From positions 141,169-205,168 of IMG/VR virus record IMGVR_UViG_3300037423_001636: a DNA stretch of 64,000 bases; one strand, 5' to 3'. This document shows positions 1 through 9,882 of the stretch, one piece after another. Within the stretch, counting starts at the first letter, position 1; each line of letters begins with the position of its first letter. The notes under the pieces were generated by a model, which worked only from the letters and a program-made list of their open reading frames with translations, did not search any database and had not been told where the DNA came from. Made by a program: the position numbers and the translations under genes. The stretch comes from a virus (taxonomy: Duplodnaviria > Heunggongvirae > Uroviricota > Caudoviricetes).

Positions 1-2
1 AA

Positions 3-287
3 GGCCACATAGTTTTAGAAGAGTTCCGCATCCCCGGTTCTCTTCTCCGCATCGATCTACTCAACCTAACCCGGCGCATCGCTATTGAGGTCTCTCCGTC
101 TAGCTCTCACAGTTTCAACAAATTTTTCCACAAAGATCGCTTCCGGTTCGGCCGGGCGGTCGGCCGCGACTTACAGAAGCGCCCGTGGTGCGAGCAGAAC
201 GACATCCAGCTCATCGAGATTTTCGACACGGACATTCCACTCCTCTCTCGCAAATGGTTTAAGGACGTTGGTGAGATAGAGCTATAA
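3..287 (+). CDS. Partial CDS, C-terminal end only; DUF559/Vsr-like (PD-(D/E)xK fold) endonuclease domain
   Basis: Open frame 3 from the window start to the TAA at 285-287. The translation ...IAIEVSPSSSHSF...WCEQNDIQLIEIFDTD resembles the AIEVDG...D...GW.V.R pattern of DUF559-type endonuclease domains. There is no start codon in the window. Confidence 0.35.
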   Translation, partial: GHIVLEEFRIPGSLLRIDLLNLTRRIAIEVSPSSSHSFNKFFHKDRFRFGRAVGRDLQKRPWCEQNDIQLIEIFDTDIPLLSRKWFKDVGEIEL

Positions 288-377
288 TGAGGGCTTTTAA
301 TACTCCGGTCGTCCGCCGGTTTGGCCGCACAACTCCGGTCAAGTCCAGTGTAAACTGATACAACCTTTTTCCTGCAT

Positions 378-1778
378 ATGATACACCCAAAGCTGACCGC
401 TGACGTTATATCTCGTCTTAAGCAAATTAACAAATCCAAAGGAATCAAAGACGCTAAAGACTATCTCAGGTCGGCCTTAGGAACCAAGAAGACTCAGACG
501 AACCATTGGTACGCCGAGATATTCGGCAAGAATATCCGGCCGCCGGTTGGAGCGTTTGCCCCAGTCGATGAAAAACCGGAAAGACCACCGCAATCTCATG
601 CCGCCAAAGCCACATTCACCGGAAACATCGGAGTCGCAGAGGTGGCCGGAAAGCAAATCAAGACGCTGGACGATCTAATTGAAGCATGCCAGATCGATCT
701 GGATGTTTGGCGCGTGGACAAATTTGTCGTGAACAAGTGGGAGGTTGCCATGCGTGAACCGGCTACGACGGTCGGCGGCGCAGGCAATTCGGCTTTTATA
801 GTGGAAAACGAGAAAGGCGGCAAGCACACTCTTTGGACCCGTGGCAGCAATATCCCATTGCATGAGCCGTTGTATCAGGTCAAGGCATGGCTGGTGAAGA
901 AAAAGGAAGAGGGTGAGTTAAAAGCTCTGCTTGAAGCCTTCGTGAAAAGCGCCGGTTCTCATGCGCCAAAGTCTTTCAGCTGGAAGCGCAGCGCGCCCAA
1001 GACCGGCCGTCTGCTTGAGGTGTCTGTGATGGATGCTCATTACGCTAAGCTCTGCTGGGCGAAGGAAGTAGCCAAACCATACGATATCAAGATCGCTGTG
1101 GAAGAGCATCGCGCGGCCGTCTACAATCTTGTCAACATGGCGCGAGAGAATGGGATCACAAAGATCTTGATGCCAGTCGGGAACGACCTGTTCAACAGTG
1201 ACAACTTGATGGGAACGACAACCGCTGGTACGCCGCAGGCCACCAGCGAGGATTCCCGCTGGCAGAAGACTTTTACTACGGGTTGTGAATCTCTGTCGGA
1301 CATTATAGAAACGCTTGCATCCGAGTTTGAAGTGGACGTTTTAATCGTGCCCGGCAATCACGATTACGAACGGTGCTACTATCTTGGGGAGTATTTGCGT
1401 GCGTGGTTCCGTAATCATCCGAAGGTAACGGTAGACAATGCCCCAACCCAGAGGAAGTATTACACGTTCGGCAGCAACCTGCTCATGTTTACCCACGGCA
1501 ACGAGGAAAAACATACAGACCTACCGCTTATCATGGCTACAGAGGCCAAAGAATCTTGGGCCAAAACGACGTGTCGCGAAATCCATGTCGGTCACCTTCA
1601 TCAAGAGAAAGTGACGGAAAGCAAGGGTGTTAAGGTTCGGGTGCTGCCATCCTTGGTGCCGTCAGATGCGTGGTCTACGTCCAAGGGATATGTCGGCAAT
1701 ATCCGCGGGGCCGAAGCATTTCTCTATGACCCCACCAAAGGTCTGTTAGCAGTCTATTATCACAACGCTGATGTTTGA
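378..1778 (+). CDS. Metallophosphoesterase-domain protein (Mre11/SbcD-like nuclease or phosphatase)
   Basis: 466 aa. Calcineurin-like phosphoesterase motifs are present: LIVPGNHDYE (GNHD/E), FTHGNEE and HVGHLHQ (GHxH). The first ~230 aa form an N-terminal domain with no recognisable function. Confidence 0.65.
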   Translation: MIHPKLTADVISRLKQINKSKGIKDAKDYLRSALGTKKTQTNHWYAEIFGKNIRPPVGAFAPVDEKPERPPQSHAAKATFTGNIGVAEVAGKQIKTLDDLIEACQIDLDVWRVDKFVVNKWEVAMREPATTVGGAGNSAFIVENEKGGKHTLWTRGSNIPLHEPLYQVKAWLVKKKEEGELKALLEAFVKSAGSHAPKSFSWKRSAPKTGRLLEVSVMDAHYAKLCWAKEVAKPYDIKIAVEEHRAAVYNLVNMARENGITKILMPVGNDLFNSDNLMGTTTAGTPQATSEDSRWQKTFTTGCESLSDIIETLASEFEVDVLIVPGNHDYERCYYLGEYLRAWFRNHPKVTVDNAPTQRKYYTFGSNLLMFTHGNEEKHTDLPLIMATEAKESWAKTTCREIHVGHLHQEKVTESKGVKVRVLPSLVPSDAWSTSKGYVGNIRGAEAFLYDPTKGLLAVYYHNADV

Positions 1779-1854
1779 GTCTTGACCACCTGACCAAGGA
1801 CGCAAGAATCGATAGACTGACCGCTCTGTCCACTCTGGCGGTCCACCACTCTGC

Positions 1855-3363
1855 ATGGCGCAAGCACTCTTTTCTATTGATCACGAGAAGCACTTCCTCT
1901 CGGCGGTCATCAAAAACCCAATCGTCCTAGCCGAATGCCCTCTCATCAACGAGAGAGATTTCAGCGATATCAACCGTCCAGTCTTTCAGACGGTTAAGAT
2001 GATTCTAGCCAGTGGAGCCGATTTCTCCAAGTTTGTGCTAATTGACCGGCTGGCCGCGATGGGATTGAAAATCGGCGGCGTAATCGAGCCAGCTACCTAT
2101 GTCAACGCTCTGGACCTGCTCAACGTCTCTGACAAAGCGGCGGCCAGCATCGCGAAGGAGATTAAGCGAACCACCGTTAGGCGCGAGCTGAACGCAATTG
2201 GCCGCTCCATTCAAAACACAACAGAGGATGACAAAAAGGGTAAGAAAGCATCGGAGCTGGTGGCTGAGGTTACGGCCATCTTCAATCAGCATATTAATCT
2301 GATTGAGGGGAGTAAGGACCATGAGCCAAAGGACCTGTACGGCACTACCGACGACTTCCTAGAGAAGGAAAATGACTTTGATGTCAAGAGCCTGCCGAGT
2401 CCGTTCCCTATCTATAACGACATGTACGGGTACTTTGACCCCGGCAATATCTACTGTTGGATAGCCCGCATGAAGGTTGGAAAGAGCAGCTTCGCCATGT
2501 CCATGTTCCAGCAGATGGCGTTAGCGGACAAAGACGGATCTTTCAGAGCTTTGGTGCTGGATACGGAAATGGGCACTGAAGAAGTCCAGAGTCGCATCAT
2601 CGCGTCTCTCAGCGGAGTGAAAGAATTTTACATTCGCCACAAGCTCTATCGCCAGAACAAGCATATGCGGGATAAGATTGATAAGGCGCGGGAATTGATG
2701 CGCCCGCTATGGGGTAAAATTGACCACGTGTTCATTGGCGGAATGAGTCTGGACGAGCAAATTAGTGTCGCGCGTCGATGGAAGGCCAAGCGTGTCGGGG
2801 CTGGCGAGCGGGGATTAATGGCTCTTGACTATTTCAAGCTTGGTTCTGCGTCCGAGTTCGATAGTCGCAACTCTCGCGATATAGTGATCGGTAAGAAGGT
2901 TGATGCATACAAGAATCTGAGCAAGGAACTGCGCATACCCATCGTGGCATTCGGGCAGGCCAACCGCGAAGGCGAGGATAGCAAGGCAGGTAGCAAGGTG
3001 CAGAACTCCAGCGTAATCGGCGGTTCCGATATGATCGCCCAATTCTGTTCGAACATCTATCTTCTATCCCGACTTTCTCCGGAAGAACGTGTCTGGCTCA
3101 ATCAGGTTGCGCCGGGTTCGGCTACTCACTCCCTCAGGCTCATCGCGCCGCGGCAGTTGGGACCAAACGAATTGGGACAAGACTGTCTAGTGAGGTATAC
3201 TGACGACAGGGGCAAGGAACGGTGGTCAGAGAACTTCCTTCTATTCTCCTTCGAAAATTTCGTGTTCCGTGAGGTTTGTACTTTCAGGGACATCGTTCAG
3301 CGTGGAGAGTTGGTCGCTAATGTCCAGCAGGGGCACGGTGGGCCGGCGGGACCAATGCTCTAA
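1855..3363 (+). CDS. DnaB-like replicative DNA helicase
   Basis: 502 aa. There is a RecA-fold Walker A motif (ARMKVGKSSFAMSM). A DnaB-like C-terminal motif (VAFGQANREGE) corresponds to the DnaB arginine-finger region. The gene lies directly upstream of the primase. Confidence 0.75.
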   Translation: MAQALFSIDHEKHFLSAVIKNPIVLAECPLINERDFSDINRPVFQTVKMILASGADFSKFVLIDRLAAMGLKIGGVIEPATYVNALDLLNVSDKAAASIAKEIKRTTVRRELNAIGRSIQNTTEDDKKGKKASELVAEVTAIFNQHINLIEGSKDHEPKDLYGTTDDFLEKENDFDVKSLPSPFPIYNDMYGYFDPGNIYCWIARMKVGKSSFAMSMFQQMALADKDGSFRALVLDTEMGTEEVQSRIIASLSGVKEFYIRHKLYRQNKHMRDKIDKARELMRPLWGKIDHVFIGGMSLDEQISVARRWKAKRVGAGERGLMALDYFKLGSASEFDSRNSRDIVIGKKVDAYKNLSKELRIPIVAFGQANREGEDSKAGSKVQNSSVIGGSDMIAQFCSNIYLLSRLSPEERVWLNQVAPGSATHSLRLIAPRQLGPNELGQDCLVRYTDDRGKERWSENFLLFSFENFVFREVCTFRDIVQRGELVANVQQGHGGPAGPML

Positions 3364-3368
3364 TTTCC

Positions 3369-4217
3369 ATGCCCCTCGACCGCTCCAAACTTCACAAGGT
3401 TGTCATAACATCCGACGGCTTTCAGGCACAATGTCCAGAGTGTGCGCGCAACGGCCATGATTCAACAGGAAATCACCTCAGAGTCTGGGGCACAGGAAAA
3501 TGGTCATGTGTGCTTTATCCATCCGACGAAAGCCACAATCGCGCCATCTGGGAGCTTGCCGGCGACGAGTCTTCAGAACCCGCATTCGACGCCGTTCAGC
3601 TACCCACCCTAGAGCTAGATCGTGTATGGGATGTCTCTCTATTGGACGGACTGGTTAAGGATTATTCGTATTGGGAGGGGCGTGGCATATCGCGCGAAAC
3701 AATAGAACCATTCCGGGGCGGCGTCGCCACCAAAGGCCAACTAGATGGGCGATGGGTCATACCAATCTTCAACTATCAAAACGATGAACAGATCATCGGA
3801 TTTACTGGCCGCGCTCTGAAACCCGGCATGCTGCCGAAATACAAGCATCTTGGCAAGGTATCCCGCTGGGTCTGGGGCGGACTTGAAGACATCCAGTCCA
3901 GCCGCCGCGCCATTCTCGTGGAATCTCCCGCTGACGTGCTGTTTCTTAGAGAGCATGGAGTCTACGATGTGATCTGCCTATTTGGGGTCAATTTGTCTCA
4001 GAACGTGCTGGGATTTCTAATTGCCGCAGACCCGGAGCAAATCATCGTATCCACGAACAATGACAGCAAGCATAGAGTGGGGCAGATGGCCGCAGAGAAG
4101 ATCAAGAAAAGTCTTGATCTATTTTTCAGTCCCGAGACGATAGAGATTATACTGCCGCCGGCTAAGGACTGGGCGGATAGTCTCCCAGAGAGAATACGAG
4201 ACACATTTCATCAATGA
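3369..4217 (+). CDS. DNA primase (zinc-binding CHC2 finger + TOPRIM domain)
   Basis: The N-terminus reads CPECARNGHDSTGNHLRVWGTGKWSCV, a zinc-ribbon motif. A TOPRIM-like segment ILVESPADVLFLREHGVYDVICLFGV follows. The gene sits next to the helicase. Confidence 0.7.
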   Translation: MPLDRSKLHKVVITSDGFQAQCPECARNGHDSTGNHLRVWGTGKWSCVLYPSDESHNRAIWELAGDESSEPAFDAVQLPTLELDRVWDVSLLDGLVKDYSYWEGRGISRETIEPFRGGVATKGQLDGRWVIPIFNYQNDEQIIGFTGRALKPGMLPKYKHLGKVSRWVWGGLEDIQSSRRAILVESPADVLFLREHGVYDVICLFGVNLSQNVLGFLIAADPEQIIVSTNNDSKHRVGQMAAEKIKKSLDLFFSPETIEIILPPAKDWADSLPERIRDTFHQ

Positions 4218-4561
4218 CAGAATCTACATCTACACCATTTGTTCGGGCGTTCAATGAGGTTGCTAAGGTCGTGAACGCGACCGCGCACGCCAAGGGCTGG
4301 TATGAAAATCCGAGTGAGGATGGAACGCGTATAGCACTTATGCATAGCGAGTTGAGCGAGGCGCTTGAAGGACTTCGACATGGGAATGGCCCAAGTGACC
4401 ATATCCCAGAATTCTCCGCGGTGGAGGAGGAACTTGCTGACGTTATTGTGAGGATTATGGACATGAGCGTAGAGAAGGGATGGAAAGTTGCAGAAGCCTT
4501 GGAGGCGAAGAGACTATTCAACGATGGTCGTGCTCACAAGCACGGTGGAAAGGCATTCTAA
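4214..4561 (+). CDS. MazG-like nucleoside triphosphate pyrophosphohydrolase (all-alpha NTP-PPase)
   Basis: 115 aa. The sequence AHAKGWYENP...ALMHSELSEALEGLRHG...EEELADVIVRIMDM matches the MazG/NTP-PPase EExx(E/D) helical signature. Confidence 0.8.
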   Translation: MTESTSTPFVRAFNEVAKVVNATAHAKGWYENPSEDGTRIALMHSELSEALEGLRHGNGPSDHIPEFSAVEEELADVIVRIMDMSVEKGWKVAEALEAKRLFNDGRAHKHGGKAF

Positions 4562-5055
4562 TGGAACAACAGCTCGAACTAGACCTGAACGATACTCCCA
4601 AAAAGTGGGAACAGAGTAATCATCGCGTTATTCTTGTGGACCTAGATCGTACTCTAGCCCACTTCACCGAGAACCATGGTCCCGACAAGATTGGCGAGCC
4701 TATTGCTCCCATGATAAACCGGGTAAAGCGGTGGTTGGATGAGGGGCATGTCGTGCGTATATTTTCCGCCAGAGTCGGCCCGCATTCTGAGGAGGGTTAT
4801 GCCGAGCGCGCCCGCCCCGCCATCATTGAATGGTGCAAGCAGCATATCGGCCGCGAGTTGGATGTGACCGCCGTCAAGGACTGGAAAGCCTCTCTGATTA
4901 TCGATGATAGGGCCGATGGTTGTGAGGCCAATACTGGCCGGCTCCAGTCGGAGCGAATCTCCGATCTGGAACATAGGATTATAGAACTGGAGACCGCGTT
5001 AGATCTCACTAATAGTATATTAGTCGGGAACGAGCGGGAAATAAACCATCGCTAA
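4561..5055 (+). CDS. HAD-superfamily phosphatase (likely nucleotidase)
   Basis: Motif I reads VILVDLDRTLA (DxDxT). A motif-IV-like LIIDDRAD is also present. The start ATG at 4561 overlaps the MazG stop (TAATG), so the six-frame ORF starting at 4480 was trimmed. Confidence 0.55.
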   Translation: MEQQLELDLNDTPKKWEQSNHRVILVDLDRTLAHFTENHGPDKIGEPIAPMINRVKRWLDEGHVVRIFSARVGPHSEEGYAERARPAIIEWCKQHIGRELDVTAVKDWKASLIIDDRADGCEANTGRLQSERISDLEHRIIELETALDLTNSILVGNEREINHR

Positions 5056-5056
5056 T

Positions 5057-5518
5057 ATGAGCCTCCAAGAATCCCCCAAGACGTACACGCTTGGCATTAT
5101 CGTATCCAAGTCCTTTGACGATCCCTCATGGCTGGAGGAAAAGCTGGGCGACAAACTCGACCGCATCAAACACATTAACACGAACGGTGTGAATCCTCTT
5201 GTCATGGAATTTGCGTTGGAGAACGGTATTCCGTTTTCAGTCTTCCCTCTGAAGGGCGGCAAGTCCGCCCCGTGGAGCAACGCTCGAATCGTGGAACTAT
5301 CTGATGTTGTCTATATAATCGGCACTCCGGGCTCCAAGAATGCGCGTGCCGCTGAGGCTGAATGCGTGAAGGAGGGTCGGCGCTGTCATGTCTTCGAATG
5401 TGACACCATCGCTCACTGGAAGGAAAAGGTGTATAAGGTAGCAGAGATATTGGCAGCGACTACGGTGGAAGACAGGGCGAACAATACGTGGATGCGGGCA
5501 ATCGACAAGGCGATCTGA
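5057..5518 (+). CDS. SLOG / DUF2493 (YspA-like) domain protein
   Basis: 153 aa. The Rossmann-like core GIIVSKSF...NGVNPLVMEFALENGIPFSV...VVYIIGTPGS resembles the paralogue at 40790-41170 and DUF2493 / DprA-like SLOG proteins. Confidence 0.45.
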   Translation: MSLQESPKTYTLGIIVSKSFDDPSWLEEKLGDKLDRIKHINTNGVNPLVMEFALENGIPFSVFPLKGGKSAPWSNARIVELSDVVYIIGTPGSKNARAAEAECVKEGRRCHVFECDTIAHWKEKVYKVAEILAATTVEDRANNTWMRAIDKAI

Positions 5519-6525
5519 TGGCCGAGCCGCCCCAAGTGACCAAACCTCTCTGGCTGTCTGCGTCCAAGATTGACACCTTCCAGAATTGCTCGGCTCTGTA
5601 CAGCGCGAAATATCTTTGGCGTTTGCCAGACCCCAGCAATGATGGCGCTCGTCGCGGCTCCGCAGTCCACGATGTCCTCGAAATCCTCCTGCGTCCGCGT
5701 CACAGACGAATCTACGACGCCGCTATAGAAGCGGGCACCTGTCAGAAAGTCCCGGCTCTATGGAGAGTTGTGGAGCGCAAGGCTCGCAAGTATCAGGTGG
5801 CCGATGACGAGAATATCGAGATGATTGATGCGTTCATCATGGTAGCCCTGAAACACGAGTTTCATGGACCCAAAGGAACCACTGAAATTGTGGGAGAAAA
5901 GCCGTTCGAAATCAGCGTCAACATGGGCGGCAAACGGTACAACGTGCGAGGCAAGATAGACCGGACCGCGACAGTGAAGGACAAGACTGGGGTCGTTATC
6001 TGGGTTAGGGACTATAAATCCTCGAAGGAAAAGTTCAAGGGCGAAAAGCTCACCTACAACATACAATCCCTGATGTACCAGCTTGCTCTGCGCCACCTCT
6101 ATCCACAGATCAAGCGGCGGAACTTCGACTTTCTGTTCGTCAAGTTCCCACGCGAGCCGATTCAAACCCAGCCCAGCTTCACCGATTTGGAGCTTGACGG
6201 ATTCGAGTGGATTCTCACGGAGCTTCAGTCTTCCATGGAGTCATTCACTATGGACAATGCTCTGGACAACGCGGCGGCCGGCGATCCAGAGCGCGGCTGG
6301 CTCTGCGGCAAAGAGGGCAAGAAGAAGAATGGTCAGCCGAATTGGATTTGCGGGATGCGTTTGCCGCGAGATTACTGGGTGTTGCTAGAAGGCGGAGAGA
6401 TTCAGGAGAGCTGGGACAATGAGCCGGCAATCACTCCAAAGCCGGGGCAGACTCTGGAGAAGCGCTATTATTCTGGCTGCCCCGCTCACTTCAACTCGCG
6501 CGGGCAGAGACGGAATTTCTCTTGA
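5518..6525 (+). CDS. PD-(D/E)xK nuclease, Cas4/RecB-like exonuclease family
   Basis: The sequence GKIDRTATVKDKTGVVIWVRDYKSSKE...YNIQSLMYQLA fits the D...(D/E)YK...Q.Y nuclease core. There are cysteines near both termini. The start codon makes an ATGA overlap with the previous stop. Confidence 0.55.
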   Translation: MAEPPQVTKPLWLSASKIDTFQNCSALYSAKYLWRLPDPSNDGARRGSAVHDVLEILLRPRHRRIYDAAIEAGTCQKVPALWRVVERKARKYQVADDENIEMIDAFIMVALKHEFHGPKGTTEIVGEKPFEISVNMGGKRYNVRGKIDRTATVKDKTGVVIWVRDYKSSKEKFKGEKLTYNIQSLMYQLALRHLYPQIKRRNFDFLFVKFPREPIQTQPSFTDLELDGFEWILTELQSSMESFTMDNALDNAAAGDPERGWLCGKEGKKKNGQPNWICGMRLPRDYWVLLEGGEIQESWDNEPAITPKPGQTLEKRYYSGCPAHFNSRGQRRNFS

Positions 6526-6555
6526 CCTGTCCACCAAGGTAGAAAGACTGATAGA

Positions 6556-7419
6556 ATGTCCAGACCGTGGGAGATTCCATCCGGTAGAATTCTAGTCTTC
6601 GGAGATGTCCATCAGAGGCTTAACTGGGCCGACGTTGTGCTGGAGCATGAAAAGGGGAACTACGATCATATTGTATTTGGAGGCGACATAATCGATTCTC
6701 ACGATGCTCCCCCCGCAGTTTCCGGTGCCAGAGAGACAGCTCGCTGGTATGCGCGGCTGATAGAATCTCCGAATACAACGGTGCTGATGGGCAATCACGA
6801 TCTGCCGCAGTTCGAATCTCACTCTCATTCTCGCGCCCATCGTCACAAGCGCCCGCTTTTCAATGCTTGTTCCGGATTCACTCATTCCAAAGCAATTGAG
6901 TTCGCCAAGGAGATGACGCATGATCTTTGGCGCAAGGTCCGACTGTTCTGTGTGGCGAACGGATGGCTGCTCTCTCACGCGGGTATTCAGGAGAATAGCT
7001 GGCAGAACCATTTGGCAGCCGAGACAAATCTAGATCGGCTGTGGAACGAAGCGGACGAGGCACTGGAGGCAGCTCCGTTTAAGCCTCATAGACTTTTCGC
7101 GTGCGGATATAATCGTGGCGGCGACGCCAATTATGGAGGACCGCTGTGGCTCGATTGGGACACAGAATTTGAGGACGTTCTTCCGTATCCACAGATTGTA
7201 GGCCACACCCACAAACTAAACGCTCACCGCCGCATTGGTCGCTCTTGGTGCATAGACTCTGGAACCGGCTATGTCATTATAGCGCCAGACGGAACGGTCG
7301 AACACAAGAGGCTCTGGCGGGCGCGCGATTGGAATAAGGACGATGGTTACGTGTGGATTTCCGGAATACCCACAATCCGCGATGATACGGAACATGCTTT
7401 TCAACGAAAGAGGAATTGA
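6556..7419 (+). CDS. Metallophosphoesterase (lambda-PPase / Ser-Thr phosphatase-like)
   Basis: The motifs ILVFGDVHQ (DxH), HIVFGGDIIDSHD (GDxxDRG-like) and VLMGNHDL (GNHD/E) are present, with downstream GH motifs. Confidence 0.7.
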   Translation: MSRPWEIPSGRILVFGDVHQRLNWADVVLEHEKGNYDHIVFGGDIIDSHDAPPAVSGARETARWYARLIESPNTTVLMGNHDLPQFESHSHSRAHRHKRPLFNACSGFTHSKAIEFAKEMTHDLWRKVRLFCVANGWLLSHAGIQENSWQNHLAAETNLDRLWNEADEALEAAPFKPHRLFACGYNRGGDANYGGPLWLDWDTEFEDVLPYPQIVGHTHKLNAHRRIGRSWCIDSGTGYVIIAPDGTVEHKRLWRARDWNKDDGYVWISGIPTIRDDTEHAFQRKRN

Positions 7420-7923
7420 TTGATTATGTGTTCAGCAACCAATCGTGGGGCAACCCGCAATGATAGAGACTTCTACGCTACGCCGGAATCAGCTTTCAAA
7501 CCGTTGCTTCCTTACCTTCACACACCAGAGAACAGATCAATTTGGGAACCCGCCTGTGGAGATGGTCGATTGGTCCGTTGGATGACCGAAGATGGGCTGA
7601 TCGCCGGTGGCACCGACCTGAGTCTAGGTAACGACTTTCTCAAGGATCTTACTCCGCGGGAATGTATCGTAACCAACCCCCCATTCTCTCTTGCGCAGGA
7701 GTTCTGCGATCATGCTTTCAGCCTCGCTCCAGAAGTTTGGATGCTGTTGCGTCTCAATTTCCTCGGGGCACAGAGACGACGGGACTGGTGGAAAGCTCAC
7801 GAGCCAGCCGCGTTGTTCGTGTTGTCCGCGCGCCCTTCGTTCACACAAGACGGTAAGACGGACGCGACAGACTACGCATGGTTTGCGTGGACCAATCGAT
7901 ATAAGGGGATTTATCACCTATGA
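7420..7923 (+). CDS. Small phage Dam-like DNA N6-adenine methyltransferase
   Basis: 167 aa. Motif I reads EPACGDG and motif IV reads IVTNPPF (the D/NPPF N6-adenine methyltransferase catalytic motif). The size fits the small phage Dam family. Confidence 0.6.
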   Translation: MIMCSATNRGATRNDRDFYATPESAFKPLLPYLHTPENRSIWEPACGDGRLVRWMTEDGLIAGGTDLSLGNDFLKDLTPRECIVTNPPFSLAQEFCDHAFSLAPEVWMLLRLNFLGAQRRRDWWKAHEPAALFVLSARPSFTQDGKTDATDYAWFAWTNRYKGIYHL

Positions 7924-8411
7924 GCCGCCCGCTTGCTCCGCGTGGCGGGAATGACTGTGTGATGACACCTCCTTTCTACGTCAATCTAATCCTCAATCAT
8001 TTCGCCCCACAAGGTCTCTGTTTGGAGCCGTGCCGCGGCACAGGAGGTTTCCAGTTGGATGGCTGGGACTGGTGCGAGATTACAGAGGGCCGGGATTTTC
8101 TCACATGGGATTTTGGCACGAAGCACTATGACTGGATCGTGACAAATCCTCCATGGTCTAAACTGCGGTTGTTCCTCGTACGTTCTATGCGGCTAGCCGA
8201 TAATGTGGTCTTTCTGTGCCTCGTGAATGCCCTTTGGATGAAAGCGCGGCTCCGCGATATAGACTCAGCTGGATTCGGCATCCGAGAGATCTTATTGCTC
8301 GACACGCCGCCCAAGCCGTGGCCCCAAGCTGGATTTGCTCTTGGCGCAATTCACATACAGCGGGGTTATAAGGGCAGTATTGAACTGAGCGACAAGAGGA
8401 CAAAGCAGTGA
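7920..8411 (+). CDS. Second small Dam-like N6-adenine methyltransferase (tandem paralogue)
   Basis: 163 aa. Motif I reads EPCRGTG and motif IV reads IVTNPPW. The start makes an ATGA overlap with the upstream methyltransferase gene. Confidence 0.55.
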   Translation: MSRPLAPRGGNDCVMTPPFYVNLILNHFAPQGLCLEPCRGTGGFQLDGWDWCEITEGRDFLTWDFGTKHYDWIVTNPPWSKLRLFLVRSMRLADNVVFLCLVNALWMKARLRDIDSAGFGIREILLLDTPPKPWPQAGFALGAIHIQRGYKGSIELSDKRTKQ

Positions 8412-9238
8412 GTGACATCATTCCCCTCTTCTCCTCGGCGGCCAGCCTCAAACAGGGCGGCATCTTCACGGTCGATAAAGTCGGTGACGTGGAAGCTCGC
8501 AAAAAGGAAGGTCGTAAGCGCGGCCCGCTGTCCCTGTGCAGTCTAGCCAAGGATGAGGGAATGAAGCGACTCTATATGGTCGAATCGAATTTCGTGAACT
8601 ATATGAGTGCGTGGAAGAACCTGAGGGAAGTTGGCTGCGACCTACACTTTGGACTTAAGCTAGTCATCTGTGAAAACATGGCCGACAAATCCGAAGCGTC
8701 CATGGACACGGAATCCAAGGTGGTGATCTGGCCGGCGTTGGATTCTACGACTGTATATAGCGCGCTCTGCAAGCTGTTCACGAAAGCGGCTAACGACGGT
8801 TTTTACTACGTGCCGCGGCTGGATTGGAAGACTCTATGCGCGATGTGGTCAGACGACCTGTTGCTCAGCCTGCCATTCTACTCGTCGTTCCTTGCCAAGA
8901 ACACGCTCACGTTCTCATCCATCGCGCCGCAACTCCCGGTGGTCCCGCTGCTCCTGCGCGAGATCGATCAGCAGCTTCCTATTGATGGTCTGCTCAACAG
9001 TGCTGTGGACCGCTATGCGGCGGCGAATGGACTCAAGGTTCAGCCGGTCAAGAGTGTATATTACAAACTGCGCGACGATGCTAAACCGTTTCAGGTGTGG
9101 CGGTGCGTGCTTAATCGCTCTGGCAAAAGCACATACGACAAGCCAAATATGGATTTCATGCAAAGCAGAGAATTCTCATTCGAGGCGTGGAAAGAATTGT
9201 CTGCGCAGCAGATAGTGAGTCCAAAGGGCAAACAATGA
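8408..9238 (+). CDS. Hypothetical protein
   Basis: 276-aa ORF on the coding strand, translationally coupled to both neighbours by start/stop overlaps. Confidence 0.45.
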   Translation: MSDIIPLFSSAASLKQGGIFTVDKVGDVEARKKEGRKRGPLSLCSLAKDEGMKRLYMVESNFVNYMSAWKNLREVGCDLHFGLKLVICENMADKSEASMDTESKVVIWPALDSTTVYSALCKLFTKAANDGFYYVPRLDWKTLCAMWSDDLLLSLPFYSSFLAKNTLTFSSIAPQLPVVPLLLREIDQQLPIDGLLNSAVDRYAAANGLKVQPVKSVYYKLRDDAKPFQVWRCVLNRSGKSTYDKPNMDFMQSREFSFEAWKELSAQQIVSPKGKQ

Positions 9239-9882
9239 GCGTTGGTGCCGACTTGCTTAGGTTTTCGGATAGGAAGCTGCTCTTTTGGGATCAGGAATCG
9301 AGCTGTCTGAATATCATGCAGTCGAATCTTCCTTTTCAATGCACGTGGCTAATCGCCGATCGCCACCATATTCACAGTACCCACAACTACTATCTGAAGT
9401 GGCCCAATTTCCGCATGAGCGCAGATGCCGCCACTATCACTCACTTTCAACAGAGCTGGGTGGACAATGGGGATGATCCGGAGTTCGTGCTCGACGTGTT
9501 TGAGGGGTACTTATTTGACCCGCAATACCTGATAATCGGGCATTCGATTCTCGCCTTCGATAGCGCTCTTCATCAGCTCTGGCGGCGGGCGCTTGGCCGC
9601 AAGCCAGACTACTCCTATCTCACTAGAATCATTGACACTCACCTCATCTCTCGGGCCATGAAGAAACGTTGGAAGCCGGATAGGTCTAGTCCGGAAGCAT
9701 TCCTCGCTTGGCAGTATAAAGTGGCTGACGCATGGGAGGCGAACGTGAAAACGAATCTAGGACTGATGGCAGAGGAGCTGGGGGTGACGGTGGACAAGAC
9801 TAAACAACATGACGCTCTGTACGATCTGGCCGGGCTGAACTACGGCGTGTATAAAGGACTGATCCAGAAGGTGGAGATATGA
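9235..9882 (+). CDS. DnaQ-like (DEDDh) 3'-5' proofreading exonuclease
   Basis: Exo I reads LLFWDQES (DxE). Exo II reads GHSILAFDSALH (H-x-x-x-FD). Exo III reads HDALYD (H-x4-D). The gene is translationally coupled to the polymerase by an ATGA overlap. Confidence 0.6.
   Translation: MSVGADLLRFSDRKLLFWDQESSCLNIMQSNLPFQCTWLIADRHHIHSTHNYYLKWPNFRMSADAATITHFQQSWVDNGDDPEFVLDVFEGYLFDPQYLIIGHSILAFDSALHQLWRRALGRKPDYSYLTRIIDTHLISRAMKKRWKPDRSSPEAFLAWQYKVADAWEANVKTNLGLMAEELGVTVDKTKQHDALYDLAGLNYGVYKGLIQKVEI

Noticed and set aside
85-448. Small overlapping ORFs at the window start (85-279 plus strand; 107-448 minus strand)
   Set aside because: The 85-279 ORF is an alternative frame of the partial upstream gene and is Ser/Arg-rich. 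The minus-strand ORF overlaps the start of the 378-1778 gene. Neither has supporting features.
4480-4560. Upstream part of the six-frame ORF at 4480-5055 that overlaps the MazG gene
   Set aside because: It lies in a different frame inside the MazG coding region. The HAD-like homology starts after the ATG at 4561, which overlaps the MazG stop (TAATG).
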